From Erysipelotrichaceae bacterium OH741_COT-311 (lineage in GTDB: Bacteria; Bacillota_I; Bacilli_A; Erysipelotrichales; Erysipelotrichaceae), in contig RQZE01000011.1 of NCBI GenBank assembly GCA_003858585.1, positions 30,001 through 62,000 of the forward strand: a stretch of 32,000 bases of DNA, in the 5' to 3' direction. Below the pieces are notes generated by a model, which was given only the letters and a program-made list of their open reading frames with translations, did not search any database and was not told the DNA's origin. The first letter of the stretch is position 1; every line of letters begins with the position of its first letter. A program made the translations under genes and the position numbers. Below are positions 28,536 to 32,000 of this stretch, piece by piece.

Positions 28536-29213
28536 ATGTGCTAATAAATCTAATAATTCTACTAAACCATTAATGGTATAAGTACTTTTAATCGCACTAT
28601 CATTGATACGATTATTTGCCATCCAACAAGAGTCGATTCCATAATCATTCGCCCCTTTAATGTCATTGTTCAGCGAATCTCCGATGACAAGTGCCTCCTT
28701 AGGATTAAACCCGTCAATATTTTGACTTACATAATCAAAAAATTCTTTATGCGGTTTTGGATAACCAATATCTTTTGATGTAAAGATAGCTTTAAAATAA
28801 GGAGTTAATTTGCATAAATTCAAACGATTTCGTTGTGTTTCACTTACCCCATTGGTCACTACATACAAATCATAATGTTTACTTAATGTTTCAATCACCT
28901 CAAAGGCATGATCCATCAACTGACCACCTTGACTTAAATATTGACGATACTCTTGATCAAACACATAACCATCTACTGCATAATCAAACTTACGTAACAC
29001 AATTTCAAAACGTTTAGATACGACCTCTTCAATCTTTAACTGACCTAATTCGTATTGATTCCATAAATCATGATTTACTTCTAAATAATATTTAATCACT
29101 TCATTGATATTATCAATTTTATGATTTTTAAATAACTTACGTAAACTTACTAATTCATTTGTTTTAAAATCTAAGATGGTATCATCCAAATCAAACAATA
29201 AATACTTATACAT
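28533..29213 (-). CDS. HAD-superfamily hydrolase, YjjG-like (noncanonical pyrimidine nucleotidase subfamily, tentative)
   Basis: 226 aa. HAD motif I is FDLDDTILDF, motif II is VVTNG, and motif III/IV is K...GDSLNNDIKGA. The cap-domain length fits the YjjG/TIGR02254 type. The superfamily call is confident; the subfamily call is tentative. Confidence 0.75.
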   Translation of the reverse strand: MYKYLLFDLDDTILDFKTNELVSLRKLFKNHKIDNINEVIKYYLEVNHDLWNQYELGQLKIEEVVSKRFEIVLRKFDYAVDGYVFDQEYRQYLSQGGQLMDHAFEVIETLSKHYDLYVVTNGVSETQRNRLNLCKLTPYFKAIFTSKDIGYPKPHKEFFDYVSQNIDGFNPKEALVIGDSLNNDIKGANDYGIDSCWMANNRINDSAIKSTYTINGLVELLDLLAH

Positions 29214-29664
29214 CTGCCTTCATCCTTAATGCATCTTCATAATGATGTTTATCAACATCCTTAAAAATGTCAAACATCGTATAACGTGAATCACTTACAA
29301 AGGTACTGTTTGATAAATTTGAAAACATATACTCAGCACAAGTCTTTTCATTTAAATGATATGGTAGTTCACTTGTTTCATCATAAATTTGAAAACTACT
29401 ATACAATGCACCTAATACATAGCTTAACGCTTCTAAGATGACTTCATGTTCAAACTCAATTAAAGAATCTACTAAATCAATCTTAAAACTATTACTAACA
29501 ATGACATCTTTTAGTTTTACTTTTTGATCTTCTAACAACAAATGAGCTTCTAACTTTTTATCCTTCATTTGATACACTAACTTAAATTCATTTAACAACT
29601 TAACAAATACCGTATTGATATCCTCGTTACGATATTCTTCAATAATACTTACCGGATTTTTCAT
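29206..29664 (-). CDS. hypothetical protein, no recognisable domain
   Basis: 152 aa, acidic, with no TM helix or signal peptide. It starts 1 nt after the prmC stop and overlaps the HAD start by 8 nt, so it is very likely translated as part of the operon. Confidence 0.55.
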   Translation of the reverse strand: MKNPVSIIEEYRNEDINTVFVKLLNEFKLVYQMKDKKLEAHLLLEDQKVKLKDVIVSNSFKIDLVDSLIEFEHEVILEALSYVLGALYSSFQIYDETSELPYHLNEKTCAEYMFSNLSNSTFVSDSRYTMFDIFKDVDKHHYEDALRMKADV

Positions 29665-29665
29665 A

Positions 29666-30520
29666 CTATCCCCCTAACTTTACAATCAACATACGATCTT
29701 TACCATTAATATCTTTTAACACTTCAAATGTGCTTTGTGGAAATGTTACCTCTACAAGCTTTGATAAAGCCTCTTTTTGATCCCAACCAATTTCAAAAGC
29801 TAAAAAGGCTTTGTCTTTAAGAATGAGATGTGCTTTTTCAAAGACTTCACGATAATACTTTAACCCATCACTTCCACCAAATAAAGCAACATGCGGTTCA
29901 AACTCTTTTACAGACGTTTCTAAGACTTCATCTTGTTTGATATAAGGTGGATTACAAATTAAAACATCTACTTTACAACCATTTTCAATCAGTGGATCCA
30001 ACATATTTCCTAGGTAATATTCTAACTCAACATGGTTTAAGGTTGCATTTTGCTTTGTCACTTCTAAAGCCTCAGCACTAATATCACTTGCTAACATCTT
30101 AACCTTCGGCTCTTCAGCCGCGACACTAATGGCAATGGCTCCTGAACCACATCCAATATCACAAGCTACTATTTCGTTATAATCCTTAAACATATCATCC
30201 ATGGTCATTAAGATATTAGCAACCAATTCTTCGGTTTCATAGCGAGGAATTAACACATCGCGATTCACTTTAAATTGATAGCCATAAAACCAAGCATAGC
30301 CTAAAACATAATTCATTGGCTCATGGTTTAAAATACGTTTGATCCCGTTTCGAAAAGCATCAAGAATTTCTTGAGGCACTTCTTTGTCTATGTTGAGATA
30401 TAAATCATATTGATGTTCATTACAAAGCTCTAAGAGAAATAATTTACACGTTTCCATTGGAATATCACTATCTCTTAGTTTTTGTTTATACTCTTTGAGT
30501 AAATGATTAAAGGTAAGCAT
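29666..30520 (-). CDS. prmC: peptide chain release factor N5-glutamine methyltransferase
   Basis: 284 aa with the SAM-binding motif DIGCGSGAIAI and the catalytic NPPY (LICNPPYI). TAATG overlap with the prfA stop. Confidence 0.93.
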   Translation of the reverse strand: MLTFNHLLKEYKQKLRDSDIPMETCKLFLLELCNEHQYDLYLNIDKEVPQEILDAFRNGIKRILNHEPMNYVLGYAWFYGYQFKVNRDVLIPRYETEELVANILMTMDDMFKDYNEIVACDIGCGSGAIAISVAAEEPKVKMLASDISAEALEVTKQNATLNHVELEYYLGNMLDPLIENGCKVDVLICNPPYIKQDEVLETSVKEFEPHVALFGGSDGLKYYREVFEKAHLILKDKAFLAFEIGWDQKEALSKLVEVTFPQSTFEVLKDINGKDRMLIVKLGG

Positions 30521-31593
30521 TATTGCTCACCTAATAAAATCTCTTTCTGTTCATTTTGTAGTAAAGCTTCAATTACATCATCCAGTTTTCCTTCTACAAT
30601 ACGATCTAACTGATTAAGTGTTAAACCAATGCGATGATCGGTTACACGGTTTTGTGGATAGTTATAGGTTCTAATCTTTTCAGAACGATCTCCGGTACCC
30701 ATCTTTTCACGACGAGCCTTACCTTCTGCTTCCGCTTTTTGACGTTGATATTCTTCATATACACGAGCCTTGATTAACTTTAACGCTGTTTCACGGTTAG
30801 CAATTTGAGAACGACCATCTTGACAGTTTACCGTAATCCCCGTTGGAACATGGACAATACGTACCGCACTATCTGTCTTATTGATGTGTTGCCCTCCGGC
30901 ACCGGAAGCACGATGCGTTTCAATTGTTAATTCCGATTCCGGAATTTCAATATCCGTTTCTTCAACATCCGGAAGAACAAAAACAACAGCCGTTGATGTA
31001 TGTACACGTCCTTGTGTTTCCGTCTTTGGTACACGTTGCACACGATGAGCTCCACTTTCAAATTTAAAGTTACGATAAGCATCTTCACCCTTTACAATAA
31101 AACTAATTAAGGTATATCCTCCAGCTTCTGCTTCACTGGATTCCAACACTTGAACTTTAAACCCTTTATTTTCTGCATAATAACTATACATACGGAATAA
31201 ATCACCCGCAAAGATATTTCCTTCATCACCACCGGCAGCCCCTCGAATTTCCACAATGGCATCGTGGTCATCCACCGGATCTCTTGGAATTAATAACACT
31301 TCAAGTTTTTCCATCAGCACTTCTTTTTGTGGAAGCAATTCATCCAACTCCATTTGTGCCATTTCTTTTAACTCTATATCTTGTTCCTGCAACATCGCTT
31401 CTGCTTGTTGAATATGACTATCTAAGGCTTTTAACTGTTGAAAAGCTTCATATACTTTACGAAGGGAAGCCTGTTCCTTAGCAAGTTTTGCCATTAACTT
31501 TGGCTGATGAATCACTTCATCACTAATTAATTGATCGTTAATTTCCAAGTAACGATCTTCTACTTTCTGTAAACGAACATGTATTGCGTCCAT
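30520..31593 (-). CDS. prfA: peptide chain release factor 1
   Basis: 357 aa with GGQ (RASGAGGQHINKTDSAVRI) and the RF1-type PxT recognition loop (RVQRVPKTETQGRVHTS). Confidence 0.96.
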   Translation of the reverse strand: MDAIHVRLQKVEDRYLEINDQLISDEVIHQPKLMAKLAKEQASLRKVYEAFQQLKALDSHIQQAEAMLQEQDIELKEMAQMELDELLPQKEVLMEKLEVLLIPRDPVDDHDAIVEIRGAAGGDEGNIFAGDLFRMYSYYAENKGFKVQVLESSEAEAGGYTLISFIVKGEDAYRNFKFESGAHRVQRVPKTETQGRVHTSTAVVFVLPDVEETDIEIPESELTIETHRASGAGGQHINKTDSAVRIVHVPTGITVNCQDGRSQIANRETALKLIKARVYEEYQRQKAEAEGKARREKMGTGDRSEKIRTYNYPQNRVTDHRIGLTLNQLDRIVEGKLDDVIEALLQNEQKEILLGEQ

Positions 31594-31602
31594 ATATTCC
31601 TC

Positions 31603-32000
31603 CTATTTCTGAAATAAACTAGGTTTATTTGGTACCTTATGACAATGGCGACAACTAGCTTCATACGATTCACTGGCACCCACTAAAATAATAGGCTCAT
31701 CAAAACTAGCCGGTAAGCCATTTACAATTCTTTGACTTCTTGTAGCCGGTGCTCCACATGTATTACATACCGCAGTAAGCTTTGTTACAAATTCCGCTTG
31801 AGTCATTAACAAAGGCATAATACCAAATGGCTCCCCACGAAAATCCTGATCAAGACCTGCAGCCATTACACGAATCCCTTTGCGTGCCAAGTAGTCGCAT
31901 ACTTCGACAATTCCTTCATCAAAAAACTGCACTTCATCAATCGCAACCACATCTAAATCTTCATCAATGTAATCTAAAATTTTTATAGAATTTTCTACTA
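31603..32000 (-). CDS. tdk: thymidine kinase, C-terminal part (5' end beyond window end)
   Basis: The ORF-track start at 31950 is an internal GTG. The frame stays open to base 32000 (hand translation ...[26 protein letters not shown]...). DEVQFF Walker B-like motif and the C-terminal zinc ribbon CNTCG...CRHCH. Confidence 0.9.
   Translation of the reverse strand, partial: VENSIKILDYIDEDLDVVAIDEVQFFDEGIVEVCDYLARKGIRVMAAGLDQDFRGEPFGIMPLLMTQAEFVTKLTAVCNTCGAPATRSQRIVNGLPASFDEPIILVGASESYEASCRHCHKVPNKPSLFQK

Noticed and set aside
31603-31950. ORF-track model of a complete 115-aa protein starting at 31950
   Set aside because: The start is an internal GTG. The frame is open to the window edge, and the upstream residues (…[11 protein letters not shown]) are thymidine-kinase sequence. 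I therefore called it as a partial tdk running to 32000.

Overview
This is an AT-rich, low-GC Firmicute (Bacillota) chromosomal window. The gene content and T-box usage fit a Bacilli/Erysipelotrichia-like organism, but I cannot assign a species from sequence alone. It is almost entirely core housekeeping. 27 of the 31 genes I call lie on the minus strand, tightly packed and often translationally coupled, which suggests leading-strand operons. In minus-strand order they are: tdk(partial)-prfA-prmC-orphan-HAD nucleotidase | ychF-tilS-hpt-ftsH-hslO-dusB-[4 paralogous lipoproteins]-Tbox-lysS-yitT-GH25 muramidase-PfkB kinase-yaaA | giant wall-type surface protein-FAD flavoprotein | dtd-small membrane protein-folD-DUF951-tsaC-rpiB-glyA(partial). 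The four plus-strand genes are rarA, a secreted CAP/Ig-like protein, a triple-PepSY lipoprotein and a P-type cation ATPase. I found no rRNA, tRNA, CRISPR array, integrase, transposase, phage block or recognisable defence genes. I see no convincing evidence of a novel multi-gene system and prefer to say so. The stretches most worth a second look are: (i) a tandem array of four DUF1307/YehR-like lipoprotein paralogs inserted between dusB and lysS; (ii) a 1421-aa surface protein made of about 12 SpaA-fold repeats plus one CnaB domin-type module, with a (PQPN)n spacer and a C-terminal sorting signal reading IAKTR, one transition away from an (I/L)(P/A)xTG sortase motif; (iii) a T-box leader on a class II lysS; (iv) an unrecognisable 152-aa protein translationally coupled inside the prfA-prmC operon. 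All product calls come from motif recognition by eye. No database search was run.
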